64,000 bases of DNA from Octopus bimaculoides (lineage: Eukaryota). Location: contig NC_068989.1 in NCBI RefSeq assembly GCF_001194135.2, forward strand, positions 5,636,387 to 5,700,386. Reading direction: 5' to 3'. The notes under the pieces are model-generated. The model did not search any database. It was not told the origin of the DNA and saw only the letters and a list, made by a program, of their open reading frames with translations. The number at the start of each line of letters is the position of its first letter. The stretch's first letter is position 1. The translations under genes and the position numbers were made by a program. This document shows positions 12,921 through 25,258 of the stretch, in pieces.

Positions 12921-13647
12921 ATGATACCAGTTTAATAATGTCAAAGTTACTCTTCATTATATATCAATATTAATAGGAACAAAGCTAGAAAGTTTAAACA
13001 GAAAAATGGAAACAAAAAGATTAAAATGGTAGAGTGTATGTGAGGGAAATTTCGCAGCTATTTCTAGCATTCTGAGTGAACACTGAGTGGCATACTCATT
13101 GACGTGAATAATTTTCAAGTTCTCAGAAAAGGCAAAATACATAAAAAAACAAAGTGGAGAGTGCAAGATTCCATTTCTCTAAAAAAAAAAAAAAAAAAAA
13201 CTGAGAGGAATTTGGTGGCTATTTCTAGCAGGTCAAGACAAGATAAGAGAAAAACATTGCTCCTTCCTCATTACAAATTTATTTCTAATTTGACATTTAA
13301 TTATTCCATAAGTTAAGTGTTCTAATATATCATTGCCTTGCTGGGAGTGATTTGAGGAAGATTTAGCTATTATTTCTAGCAGGTCTGTTGATAACTGCAG
13401 AGAGGCCACCATATTAGCTATTAAAAAGTGAGATGTAGCACTGACCACAAAAGATCCACAAGTCATTGTATACAGACATATAACAGCAGGGAGTCAGCTC
13501 ATCAGTTCTTGGAATATCTTCTTCATCATTTCCCAGTACAAAACAATGGCATGCAGAGAAAATGTCTTGAAATTTCAACAAAGCAACTACACACGCACAC
13601 ACATTTATACATATATCTATAAATATACATACAAATATTACACACAA

Positions 13648-13720
<73 letters not shown>

Positions 13721-13819
13721 CAGAGACAAAAATATACATATATACATTGCCACACAAATATGTGTATATACATGAATAGAAATACATAATATATACACAA
13801 ACATGTGAATGCATATGTC

Positions 13820-13950
13820 CTGAGATAATTTCTTCAGTACTTCATCTCACATCTTCCTGGGTCTCCCACTTCCACGTGTTCCTTCTACTTAGCGAGATCA
13901 ACACTTCTTTATGGAACTTTCAGCATCCATCCACATGACATGACCAAACT
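13820..13950 (-). mobile_element. RTE LINE C-terminal fragment
   Basis: Reverse complement translates to FGHVMWMDAESSIKKC...VEGTRGSGRPRKM*DEV. Confidence 0.8.
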
Positions 13951-13973
13951 AGCTATCTATGCATATATATATA

Positions 13974-14195
13974 TATGACAGGGTGCTGAACAGTTCCTGG
14001 CTTTAAGGGTCTAGTGAAAGGCCTGGGTTGGAGGCCCAACCTTCCGAGTTCTTTTACAGGCCTTAGAAAAAGTGAAGCACCACTGCAATGAATGTGTGAT
14101 TCTGAGAGGGGAATATCTTAAATAAAATCATAATTAACTGATCCTCCTGTATTTTCTTTCATTCAAAGTCATGAACTTTCCAGCACTCCCTTATA
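13974..14195 (+). mobile_element. Mariner-type non-autonomous deletion derivative
   Basis: 28-bp imperfect TIRs (20/28 identical) bounded by TA. Internal LQALEKVKHHCNECVILRGEYLK* resembles the mariner transposase C-terminus. Confidence 0.8.
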
Positions 14196-14599
14196 CCCCC
14201 NNNNNNNNNNNNNNNNNNNNNNNNNNNNNNNNNNNNNNNNNNNNNNNNNNNNNNNNNNNNNNNNNNNNNNNNNNNNNNNNNNNNNNNNNNNNNNNNNNNN
14301 NCCCCACATATATGTACATACATCGTTATCATCATTTAACATCCATTTTCCTGCATGGATGCCCCAGAGGGGATTTATTGAGGCAGATATCCTATACTGG
14401 GGTGCCCTTCCTGTTGCCAACCCTCATCTGTTTTCAGACGAGGTAATACTTCCCATATACTGTATGTATTTATCACCCCCCACCAGATATGTTTATATAT
14501 ATATATATAAACAAATAATAAATGAGTATATGCATATATACGTACAGGTATGTGCATACCTGCGTCTACCTGTATATATAGGTGCATATCTGGGTACAG

Positions 14600-14859
14600 G
14601 ACATTGCAAACAAAACGTAGACAAGAAAATAATAATAACCAGAGTACAGAAAACACACAAGCCACATAGAAAACATTTTCCTTCATCAGCTACCCCCATT
14701 TTAACACCGGCGTTTCGAAGAGTTGGGCAGGATGCATCGTTAAAACGGCTCTTCCTATGGACCGCAAATTAAATTTGTATACACAAATTAAACCTGTGCC
14801 ATGGAGGAATGTAGTGGCGGACAAAAAACAAGACAGGAAAACAAACGGAAAAGAAAACA
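14600..14859 (-). mobile_element. Probable Penelope-like element terminal repeat fragment
   Basis: Carries CTCTTCGAAACGCCGGTGTT and GCTGATGAAGG motifs with a pyrimidine-rich flank, resembling PLE termini. Confidence 0.4.
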
Positions 14860-15836
14860 NNNNNNNNNNNNNNNNNNNNNNNNNNNNNNNNNNNNNNNNN
14901 NNNNNNNNNNNNNNNNNNNNNNNNNNNNNNNNNNNNNNNNNNNNNNNNNNNNNNNNNNNNNNNNNNNNNNNNNNNNNNNNNNNNNNNNNNNNNNNNNNNN
15001 NNNNNNNNNNNNNNNNNNNNNNNNNNNNNNNNNNNNNNNNNNNNNNNNNNNNNNNNNNNNNNNNNNNNNNNNNNNNNNNNNNNNNNNNNNNNNNNNNNNN
15101 NNNNNNNNNNNNNNNNNNNNNNNNNNNNNNNNNNNNNNNNNNNNNNNNNNNNNNNNNNNNNNNNNNNNNNNNNNNNNNNNNNNNNNNNNNNNNNNNNNNN
15201 NNNNNNNNNNNNNNNNNNNNNNNNNNNNNNNNNNNNNNNNNNNNNNNNNNNNNNNNNNNNNNNNNNNNNNNNNNNNNNNNNNNNNNNNNNNNNNNNNNNN
15301 NNNNNNNNNNNNNNNNNNNNNNNNNNNNNNNNNNNNNNNNNNNNNNNNNNNNNNNNNNNNNNNNNNNNNNNNNNNNNNNNNNNNNNNNNNNNNNNNNNNN
15401 NNNNNNNNNNNNNNNNNNNNNNNNNNNNNNNNNNNNNNNNNNNNNNNNNNNNNNNNNNNNNNNNNNNNNNNNNNNNNNNNNNNNNNNNNNNNNNNNNNNN
15501 NNNNNNNNNNNNNNNNNNNNNNNNNNNNNNNNNNNNNNNNNNNNNNNNNNNNNNNNNNCAGGTATGAGTATACCATCGTCTACCTGTATATATATATATA
15601 TATATAGATATATACAAGCATACATATATACATACATACATACACACACATGTAAATATATATACATATATTTGTGTGTGTATATATGCGAGTATGTATG
15701 TGTGAGGGTGTGTGTGTATATTTCATATATATATTGTATTTATCACACATACACACACACATGTATATATATATATATATACATACACACAAACGTGTGT
15801 GTTTGTGTATATATATATATATATATATATAGATAT

Positions 15837-16010
15837 CAGTGGCGTGCGGTGACTTCTGGGGTTGGGCATGCAATGAATTTCTCCACCCCCACTGGCAATT
15901 TTTCAGTAAAAGAATTTTTGTATTCCTACGATTTACATATGAGAGATTCTGAATATGCAATCATCCCCGTATGACCTAGAATAAGCAGGGAATAAAAAAT
16001 GGCTCTGTAG
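15837..16010 (+). mobile_element. hAT-like element 5' end
   Basis: Starts CAGTGGCGTGCGGTGA directly after an (AT)n tract. Right boundary uncertain. Confidence 0.45.
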
Positions 16011-16648
16011 AGATGAGCCTCAAATAAGTGTATTGTTTGTATTTTTCCCATACTCACTCTCCCTTAAAAAAGTCTAAAAATCATAAGTGAAATGGAACAA
16101 AGATGATATTGGATTCTGTTAATATTTTTGCATATTCGGAATCTCTGTTAAAGGTAGGAATTCGAAAAAAATTTCACAAAATTTCGTTTTTCAAAGGGGT
16201 GCGATTCTGCATTAGCCCCTATACCTATTGGTTCAGCTGAATCAATTTGAATTGATTTAATAAAGAGAACACATTTAGTTACATTATATGGCCATGGTTT
16301 TAGATAGTTACGCTCTCGAAGACAAATCAGGTGCTTTATCATGCTACTTGTCAATTCCGGGAAAATTATTGATACTCAAGTAGACTGTTCTTCAAAAGCT
16401 CAAAGACAATATAATGTATTGGTTTATTTATTTTTTTATATATTATTTCTTTTATATATTATTTTCTTCATTTTGTACTTCTTTGCGAAAAACATTTTCA
16501 TTCTCCTTCTTCTTGAAAATTTGCTTCGCAATGAAAGCTGGTTAGAAATCTTTATTAAAATATGCTTCCAGTTTAGCATTCTGCCTTATTTTTCATTTTC
16601 ATATTATTTCTCCATGTGCAGTTAACACAACCCCACTATTTACTGACT

Positions 16649-16686
<38 letters not shown>

Positions 16687-16934
16687 TATACACTGTTGTA
16701 TCTGGGGAGAGTCATTCTCTTTTAGTGCCCTATAATTTAACACACTCACTGGGTAGAAGGGCCTTTACAATAATGACAAATATGCTGTACCTATTGTTAA
16801 CTGTTTATTATATGTATTGGCCCTCCTAACCACTTGGACCCTCAAAAATAATAGGTATTAAGCCAGTATTTTCTTGGATGCAACCATCCCTCCATGAGGT
16901 TAACATACCCTCTAATTATATATAAATATATATA

Positions 16935-17260
16935 TAATCATCATCATCATCATCGTTTAATGTCCACTTTCCATGCTAGCATGGGTTGGACGGTTTGACT
17001 GAGGACGGGCAGGCCACAAGGCTGCACCAGGCTCCAATTTGATCCGGCAAGGTTTCTAAAGCTGGATGCCCTTCCTAATGCCAACCACTCCGAGAGTGTA
17101 GTGGGTGCTTTTTATGCGCCACTGGTACGAGGGCCAGTGAGCCTGTACTGGCATCGACCATGCTCGAATGGTGCTATTTACATGCCACCAGCATGGGAAC
17201 CAGTCAGGCGGCACTGGCATCAACCACACTTGAATGGTGCTATTTACGTACCATCCACTC
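16935..17260 (-). mobile_element. RTE 3'-UTR repeat with tandem ~65-bp units
   Basis: (CAT)n tail at 16937-16953 and repeated ggcatc.accac...gaatggtgctattta units. Confidence 0.8.
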
Positions 17261-17580
17261 ACATGGAATTGGTCAGCCTAGGGCTATAGCAGAAGACATT
17301 TGCCCACAGTTGGATTGAACTGGAATGTGTGTGTGTGTGTGTGTGTGTATATTATATATATATATTTACTCTTTACTTGTATCAGTCATTTGACTGCGGC
17401 CATGCTGGAGCACCGCCTTTTGTTGAGCGAGTCGACCCCGGGACTTATTCTTTGTAAGCCTAGTACTTATTCTATCGGTCTCTTTTGCTGAACCGCTAAG
17501 TGACGGGGGCATAAACACACCAGCATCGGTTGTCAAGCGAAGTTGGGGGGACAAACACAGACACACAAACACACACACAT
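17260..17580 (-). mobile_element. SINE family A fragments
   Basis: Tail segment cagtcatttgactgcggccatgctggagcaccgcc plus a partial head. Confidence 0.8.
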
Positions 17581-18349
17581 ATATCATCATCATCATCATC
17601 ATCGTTTAACGTCCGCTTTCCATGCTAGCATGGGNNNNNNNNNNNNNNNNNNNNNNNNNNNNNNNNNNNNNNNNNNNNNNNNNNNNNNNNNNNNNNNNNN
17701 NNNNNNNNNNNNNNNNNNNNNNNNNNNNNNNNNNNNNNNNNNNNNNNNNNNNNNNNNNNNNNNNNNNNNNNNNNNNNNNNNNNNNNNNNNNNNNNNNNNN
17801 NNNNNNNNNNNNNNNNNNNNNNNNNNNNNNNNNNNNNNNNNNNNNNNNNNNNNNNNNNNNNNNNNNNNNNNNNNNNNNNNNNNNNNNNNNNNNNNNNNNN
17901 NNNNNNNNNNNNNNNNNNNNNNNNNNNNNNNNNNNNNNNNNNNNNNNNNTATATATATATATATATATATATGGGATGAAGGAAAGCTATTGTATTCTTA
18001 AGATGGCACAGTGCTGTTCAATGACGTATGCATCTTTGTGTGTGTGTGTGTATGTATGTGGGGGAGGGGGAGCATTCATGTAAGTGGTATGTCTGTGAAG
18101 GTTGGTGATCACTACAAGCAGAAAATACAGATCCCTCGCATATCTCGATGATCTCTCATGTGTATTTTGGGCTCGTTTTTTTAATGTGGTGTATGATGAC
18201 GCAAAGTGCTCTATTTTGGGGTCCTTTGTAGTTGATTGTGATTTGTTTCAGAAATACTGGGGAGCCTGGGCAGGACAGGCCTAATCGATGATGGATCTAA
18301 TAAAAAGAAAAGAAACATATCGGAGCACCACCGTAATTGGAATAGATTA

Positions 18350-19290
18350 AAGAATGGATATAGATTGTATGAAGGAGGGGATGGAGTGACAAGAGGGAGA
18401 GAGGCTGGGAGTTGAGAGGGATATGGTGGGGGAAGTGTGTAGAGGTAGGGAGAGAGAGAGAGAGAATGCAGTATAAATATAAGGGGAGAGAGAGAAAGAG
18501 AGAGAGAGAGATGAAGTAAAAACATACATGGATGGGGAGAGAGAGGGAGAGAGGCAGAGAAAAGGGGAGAGAGAGGGAAGAGAGAGAGAGAAAAGAAGGG
18601 GAGAGAGGGTGAGAGAGAGAGATGTAGAAAAAAGAGAGGGGAGGAAGGGGGAGAGAGAGGGAGAGAGAGATAAAGTCAAAAACATACATGGATGGGGGAG
18701 AGAGAGAGAGGCAGAGAAAAAGAGAGGGGGAGAGAGAGTGATGTGGAGAAGAAGTCATAAACACACATGGATGAGGGAGAGAGAGGCAGAGGAAGAGAGA
18801 GAGAGAGAGGGGAAACGAAAGGGAAGAGAGAGAAGTGAAAGAAAGAGGGAGAGAGAAAGAATGTCTGATAGAGAATGGGGAAAAGGAAATAAAGTAAAGA
18901 CAAGTTGTGAGAAATAAAAGCTAAAAAGAAACACAAAGAAAGAGAAAGGAAAGGAGAAAGAGACTGAGAGAGAGGATCGTGAGAGAGAGAGAATGTGACA
19001 AAGGGAGATGTACATATATATATATAGAGAGAGAGAAAGGGGGAGGAGAGAAAGAGAGAGAAACAGAAAAAATGAAAAGATATGGAGAAGGAAGAAGAGA
19101 GTAAAAAAGAGACAATGATGACAAAGCAGAGGGAGAGAGGGAGGGAGAGGGGGGCATGTAGAGACAGAAGGGAATGTATAGAGAAAGAAAGAGAGAGATA
19201 GAAACAGGGATAGAGAAAAAGAGAGAGAGAGAGAGATAAGTAATGGAGAAGTTAGCCATAAAGCTAGGAAAGACAGAAAACAAAAAAAAG
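18350..19290. repeat. Purine-rich (GA)n tract with higher-order repeats
   Basis: aaaacatacatggatgggga unit recurs at ~18518, 18678 and 18758. Confidence 0.9.
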
Positions 19291-19789
19291 GCAGAACATT
19301 TAGAAATGTTCTGATTTTTGTTTTGAAATATGAATGGGCAGAAAGAGAAGACATAGAATAAAACAAAGGAATTCTTTATCTACGAAACCGTTTCCTTTTA
19401 GTAAACAGTTTCGAATCTGTAAATTCATTTGACACATTTCCCTGTTATTTTCTTTTTAATTTTCGTTTTTGAGATAAGTTTTACTCCAGTTTAATTCAAT
19501 TATTCACTGTATATCATTTAAGTGAGTAAAAGTAAGAAGTCTCGAGGACACAGAAGCTATTGTTCGTTGACGGTATGACGAGTGTGGACAGGATGAGATG
19601 GAGGACAGAGATAAACATGAGACATGCGCAATCACTGAATAATTTATGTATTGGGTTAAATGCAGCTCAACAGTTTGTTTGTTTTTGTTTGCTTTCTCAC
19701 TGGCACCCGGTGCTAGATTAACCATTAAGCTAAGTAGGCATATGCTCAGACCATCAAAGGAAGGTGGGGTACCGCCTTAAACGGTTTCA

Positions 19790-20140
19790 ATTGGAGAAAT
19801 CGATCCCAGTTCTTATTCCTTGTAAGCTTAGTACTTATTCTATCAGTCTCTTTAGCTGAACTGCTAAGTTACAAGGATGTAAACATACCAACACTGGTTG
19901 TCAAGCAATGGTCGGGGGGGGGGGATAGACAAAGACACACACATGAATTTATACATACGTACATACATACATACATATACGACGGGTTTCTTTCAGTTTC
20001 CATCTACCAAATCCACTCACAAGGCTTTGGTTGGCCTGAGGCTATAGTAGAAGACACTTGCTCAAGATGCCATGCAGTGGGACTGAACCCTGAACCATGT
20101 GCTTTGAAAGCAAACTTCTTACTACACAGCCACACCTGAA
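19790..20140 (-). mobile_element. SINE family A, near full length
   Basis: Head (gtggctgtgtagtaagaagtttgc) at ~20135 and tail at ~19800. Confidence 0.85.
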
Positions 20141-20985
20141 CATTGTAGAAAATTTCATTAAAAATTATGTAGTTTTCAGAAAGTTATGAGGAAACAAAGT
20201 CAACATAGGGGCGAGGGGGAACACTTGTGTACGCATGCTGATTTTTCCATGTATAGCTCAAGAAAATGAAGCAGTTCCTGCAAATGTCATAATTTAACAT
20301 AATACATGTAGCAATTGAAACATGTAGCAATTGAATTTTATTTATTATTGCTCTAAGATATATTAAAGCTGTCTATTTCTTTAATTTAAGCTTTCCATTT
20401 CTCTATCTCTTTCATCTATGGAAAGATTATTGTCTAAGATATTTTTGTTGAACAGCGAAATCCATTTATTTTTACATAATGATTTTAACAACGAAATATG
20501 TTTATTATAACAAAACGTATATTGGAATTGGCAATTTCTTCAGTGCTAATTGCCATGTGTGACGTGTTAAATTGTCGTATATGTTAATATCATTCACTGC
20601 TGTTTGCTGAATTCTTTTTAACTTGAGGTGTAAAAGTAAGTTACAATAGCAAAAGTTTGTTAACCCACAAATTGTGGGCAGCAGGGCAAGTTGTGGTTAG
20701 AAGGGCAGATGTATTACAGAGCTTCAGATACCAGAAACACAGAACTGATAATGGACAGTGGCAAAGGCAATATTCATACAGTTCCATTAACAAAATAGTT
20801 CAGGCTTGAGTATTTACTGTTCATGTTGTTGTTGTTGGTGGTGGTGGTGGAGGAGATATTGCAAAGGAGATATTGTTCTTGCGGTTTAACCCTAGGCCAC
20901 TCCTACCCAAACAGTACAATGCTCTACATTATGCAACCCACGTGACTGTCTTGTTTTCTTCTCAAGCTTAATGCATTTGCAAGGT

Positions 20986-21030
20986 GGAGGCGCAATGGCC
21001 TAGTGGTTAGGGCAGCGGACTTGTGGTCAT
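20986..21030 (+). mobile_element. Truncated tRNA-like SINE head
   Basis: ggaggcgcaatggcctagtggttagggcagcggac has an A-box but no B-box or acceptor stem, so it is not a tRNA gene. Confidence 0.6.
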
Positions 21031-21059
21031 TTGCTTGAAACATTGTGATACAGAAGTGA

Positions 21060-21247
21060 AATAACAAATAATGAAGACAGGGAGCTTCTTACAATGCAAA
21101 AAAAAAGGGCAAAGAAAGTAACCTTTATATATTTCAGGCACAAAGGCCCATCATCAAATGTTGGCCCCTTCACTTGAAATATATAAATGTTACTTAACTC
21201 CCCATTTTTGCATTGTAAGAAGGTCTTCATCTTCATTATTTATTATT
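21060..21247. repeat. Foldback (MITE-like) inverted repeat
   Basis: Imperfect arms of ~75 bp: aataatgaagac...cttcttacaatgcaaaaa...aagtaacctttatatatttca and its reverse complement. Confidence 0.8.
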
Positions 21248-21419
21248 ATACATGCACAAAGGTGTGTGTGTGTGTGTAAACATGTAGGGGTGTGTGTATA
21301 CATGTGTGTGTGTGTGTGTGTTTGTGGGTATATGTGTGTGGAGTAAAAATATGTGTAACCCCTTTTCCTGCTAATGTCTTCATAGACTTGTGAGTGTGTG
21401 TGTGTGTGGGGGGGGGCGG

Positions 21420-21700
21420 TGTATGTTTATGTCTCTTTCTCTTGGGATCATGTGATAGTTGTAAATGAGTGTCACTGTCATACAAGCGGTGTCATTTATT
21501 TCCAGTGTCCGGCAGAAACATGTCTAGCCACAGGGAAACATTACCTCGTTTGGAAGTAAGGGTTGGTGACAGGAAGGGTACCCAACTGTAGAAAAAAAGT
21601 CTTACCTCAATAAATTCCATCCGACCCAGACAAGCGTGGAAAAGTGGACGTTAAATGATGCTTGATAGAAAGCTGATGATGATGATGAGGATGATAAAGG
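21420..21700 (+). mobile_element. 3' part of a SINE carrying an RTE-type (GAT)n tail
   Basis: ggaagggtacccaactgtag...gtggacgttaaatgatg terminus. Body start also seen at 63380-63450. Confidence 0.7.
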
Positions 21701-22229
21701 TGATGACAATATTTACTGTTCATTTACTAATTTTCATTAAAGATTTAAAATCACTATTGAAAGGCGTCTAAAAGTAATCAGTTATGTAATAGCTGATACT
21801 AATAACAGAAAAAGCGTTGCTGGTGAAAGTTCTTTGTTCATTGGAAGATGGCAGATAATTATTCCATGCACCAAAGTAAAAGGAAATTGTATGTGTGTGA
21901 GTGTTGCATGTGTGTGTGTGTGCATGTGTGTGTGAGTGTGTGTGTGCGTGTGTGTGTGAGTGTTGCATGTGTGTGTGTGTGCGTGCGCGTGTGTAAGTGT
22001 TGCATGTATGTGTGTGTGTGTGTGTATACTTTGTGTGTGTTTTATCTGTAATGATTCAGTAACAATTTATGAAAAATGTCAACTTCAACAGAATTATTTG
22101 ACTAAAACACAAGGAATACAACATACTGAAAGTCGCTTTTAATTTAGACAAGCTCAGATTTGTGAAAGAATCTTTATGCAAACAGCAATCTGTTTTCTAA
22201 AGACACATTAATGAAAATATTTCCATAAT

Positions 22230-22550
22230 GGTGCATGGCTGTGTGGCCTAAAGGTTAGGCTATCTGGCTCATAATTGTAAAGTCACGAGTTCGATTCCTA
22301 GTGATACATTGTATCCTTGAGCAAGATACTTCATTTCATGTTGTCCCAGTCCACTCAGTTTGCAAACATGAGTTGTACCTGTAATTCAAAAGGCCAGCCT
22401 TGTCACAATCTGTGTAATGTTGAATCTCCCAGAGAGCTACCTTAAGGGCACACATGTCTGTAGAGTGCTTAGCCACGTGTGCGTTAATTTCATGAGCTGG
22501 TTCTTCCATTGATCAGAACAACTGGAACCCTCGTGATCATAACTGACAGA
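22230..22550 (+). mobile_element. SINE family C, full length
   Basis: A-box/B-box head (gagttcgattcc), core tgtatccttgagcaagatact, and 3' body ending aactgacagagggtc. Confidence 0.85.
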
Positions 22551-22965
22551 GGGTCGATTATATCGACCCCACTGCTTAACTGGTATTTATTTAATCGGCC
22601 CGAAAGGATGAAAGGCAAAGTCGACCTTGGCGGAATTTGAACTCAGAAAGTAACGGCAGACGAAATACCGCTAAGCATTTCGCTCGGTATGCTAACGTTT
22701 CTGCCAGCTCACCGTCTGTCTATCTATCTATCTATTTGTCTGTCTGTCTATCTCTCTGTTTGTCAGTCTGCCTATATGTGCATGTGTGTGGGTGTGTGAG
22801 AGTGTATAAGCAAAAAGCTTCTTTCAGTTTCTATCTGCCAAATCCAACCACAAGGCTATAGTAGGAGACCATAGCAGAAGACACATGCCTAAGGTGCCAA
22901 GCAATGGGGCTGAACCTGAGACCACATGGTTGGAAAGCAAGCGTCTTAATCACACAGCCATACCT
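22550..22965 (-). mobile_element. SINE family B copy followed by a family A head
   Basis: Family B 22550-22715 with CpGs retained. Family A head 22810-22965. Confidence 0.8.
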
Positions 22966-23614
22966 GTGAAAACAATTGCACTTAATTTATGATAATGATA
23001 CACCTGACAAATGGCCTTGATAAAACTTAAACTTACTGTCTATTCATTGCTAATAGCAATGCCTAATGAGACAGAATAATTGTATACAAAGCCAAGTTAT
23101 TTTTCCTTTTTTTTTTGAGGGGTGGATGAGAGAAATGCTAAATGCTAATTAGTTATAATAAAGGTGTGACTATGACATCATCAATTCAATTGTGACAGTA
23201 ATTATAATCCAACTAGCAATTAAAGGTGAACCAAAATTTCTTTGTTTTACAGGTGAATGAAAACAACTTATATGTTAAATTTCTGTTCTAACTTTAAATC
23301 CTGACATATACATTATAAGCAAGCAGTTTCGTATTTATGTGTCAGTGATGGGTTCAATACTTCAGCTCTGCATCGACTTTTGACGAGCTAGAAACTGTAG
23401 CTAAATGTTAAATCTTCCTCGTGTTATATTCACGTTACATTGATAGATGCAGGCATGGCTGTGTGGTAAGAAGCTTGCTTCCCAACCACGTAGTTCTGGG
23501 TTCAGTCCCACTGCATGATACCATGGATAAGTGTCTTTTACTATATTTTAGGCAAACCAAAGCTTTATGAGCAGATTTGGTAGATGAAAGAAGCCTGCTG
23601 TATGTATGTATGTA

Positions 23615-23654
<40 letters not shown>

Positions 23655-23996
23655 NNNNNNNNNNNNNNNNNNNNNNNNNNNNNNNNNNNNNNNNNNNNNN
23701 NNNNNNNNNNNNNNNNNNNNNNNNNNNNNNNNNNNNNNNNNNNNNNNNNNNNNNNNNNNNNNNNNNNNNNNNNNNNNNNNNNNNNNNNNNNNNNNNNNNN
23801 NNNNNNNNNNNNNNNNNNNNNNNNNNNNNNNNNNNNNNNNNNNNNNNNNNNNNNNNNNNNNNNNNNNNNNNNNNNNNNNNNNNNNNNNNNNNNNNNNNNN
23901 NNNNNNNNNNNNNNNNNNNNNNNNNNNNNNNNNNNNNNNNNNNNNNNNNNNNNNNNNNNNNNNNNNNNNNNNNNNNNNNNNNNNNNNNNNNNNNNN

Positions 23997-24421
23997 CTGC
24001 TGTCTCAATATTAATGGAACTCAAGCACATGGTAGATTATGGTATATTTCACAATATACTTTAGTTTTAATATCTGGTTGTTCCTCCTTTAGCATCAATT
24101 ACTGCTTTTATACTGTACTGGAACACAATAATCAAAAATAAAGAACATTTGTACCAAACGTTGAGAGAAGAATGGAGTAAAATTGCACCTAGTACCTGCA
24201 AGAAACTAGTTGATTCAATGCCTAACCGTATAAAAGTGGTAAGTGATGCTAAAGGAAGGTCAACCAGATATTAAAACTAATGTATATTGTGAAATATACC
24301 ACAATCTACCATGTGTACGAGTTTCATTAACATTGAGCAGACGTTAAACGATGATGATGATGATGATGAGACAGTAGAACTCCAAAACATTGGGGTGGCC
24401 TAATACTTTTGGCCAAGGTTG
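23997..24421 (+). mobile_element. Tc1-like transposon deletion derivative with long inverted repeats
   Basis: NKEHLYQTLREEWSKIAPSTCKKLVDSMPNRIKVVSDAKGRSTRY* is a Tc1 C-terminus. 24001-24116 is an inverted copy of 24228-24337. Terminus ...cctaatacttttggccaaggttg|TA. Confidence 0.9.
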
Positions 24422-24717
24422 TAAGTCACTTCAGGGTCATGGGTCAAAAGACAGACAAAGTTCCATGTGAAAGGACAGCCAGAATTGTTTATGAATCAAA
24501 TAATGTATATAAGTTGAAAGAAATTGTTGGCTCTTCTGATTTTTTAATAATTTTTTAAAGTTATCTTATATGATATTATATTCATAGTATATTATGTTAT
24601 ATTATGATATAAATAAATTATTGAATTGTCAGTTGTATCTCTGTATTTAATTTATTGTTTGTAATTTGCATTATACCCCTATTTATGTGGTATTCAACTG
24701 ATGTACCAGTGAATTGG

Positions 24718-24940
24718 GACCAATGGAAGAAGTACTAGGCTTATAAAGAATAAGTCCTGTGGTCAAAGAGACCAATGGAATAAGTACTAGGCTTACAAAG
24801 AATAAGTCCTGGGGTCAAAGAGACCAATGGAATAAGTACTAGGCTTACAAAGAATAAGTCCTGGGGTCGATTTGTTCGACTAAAGGCGGTGCTCCAGCAT
24901 GGCTGCAGTCAAGCAACTGACGCAAATAAAAGAAGAAAAG
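24718..24940 (+). repeat. Three tandem 52-bp units inside a SINE family A tail
   Basis: gaccaatggaataagtactaggcttacaaagaataagtcctggggtc units start at 24718, 24770 and 24822. Confidence 0.9.
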
Positions 24941-25149
24941 AAGAAAAAATAATAGTAGCAGTGCCAGCAATGCAGAGCAGTCAGCAAAAATGGTTAAATG
25001 GTTCTGCTTCAAAAGCGATGAGAAGTAACGAGGAAACCGCCTACCCACCCAGCATGCCTACATACACGCAAGTGACCATTTGTAGCACCGCAACTGAAAT
25101 GGCACTGCTAAAGAGAATTGAGACTCTCAGAAGGTTGCCAAAAGAGGAG

Positions 25150-25173
25150 ACAGACATACATACGTTATCAGCA

Positions 25174-25258
<85 letters not shown>

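Noticed and set aside
14690-15974. 260-405-aa ORFs spanning Ns, likewise at 2.2, 8.3, 17.6, 23.6, 37, 49, 50 and 54 kb
   Set aside because: Artefacts of translating N-gaps and (AT)n.
18150-18175. LAYLDDL as an RT YxDD motif
   Set aside because: No flanking RT motifs.
20986-21030. tRNA gene
   Set aside because: Only the 5' half is present. It is a SINE head, as are the B-box matches near 52725 and 53050.
22105-22190. Minus-strand LSKLKATF before a strong GTATGT donor
   Set aside because: Phase 1 rather than 0, and similarity too short.
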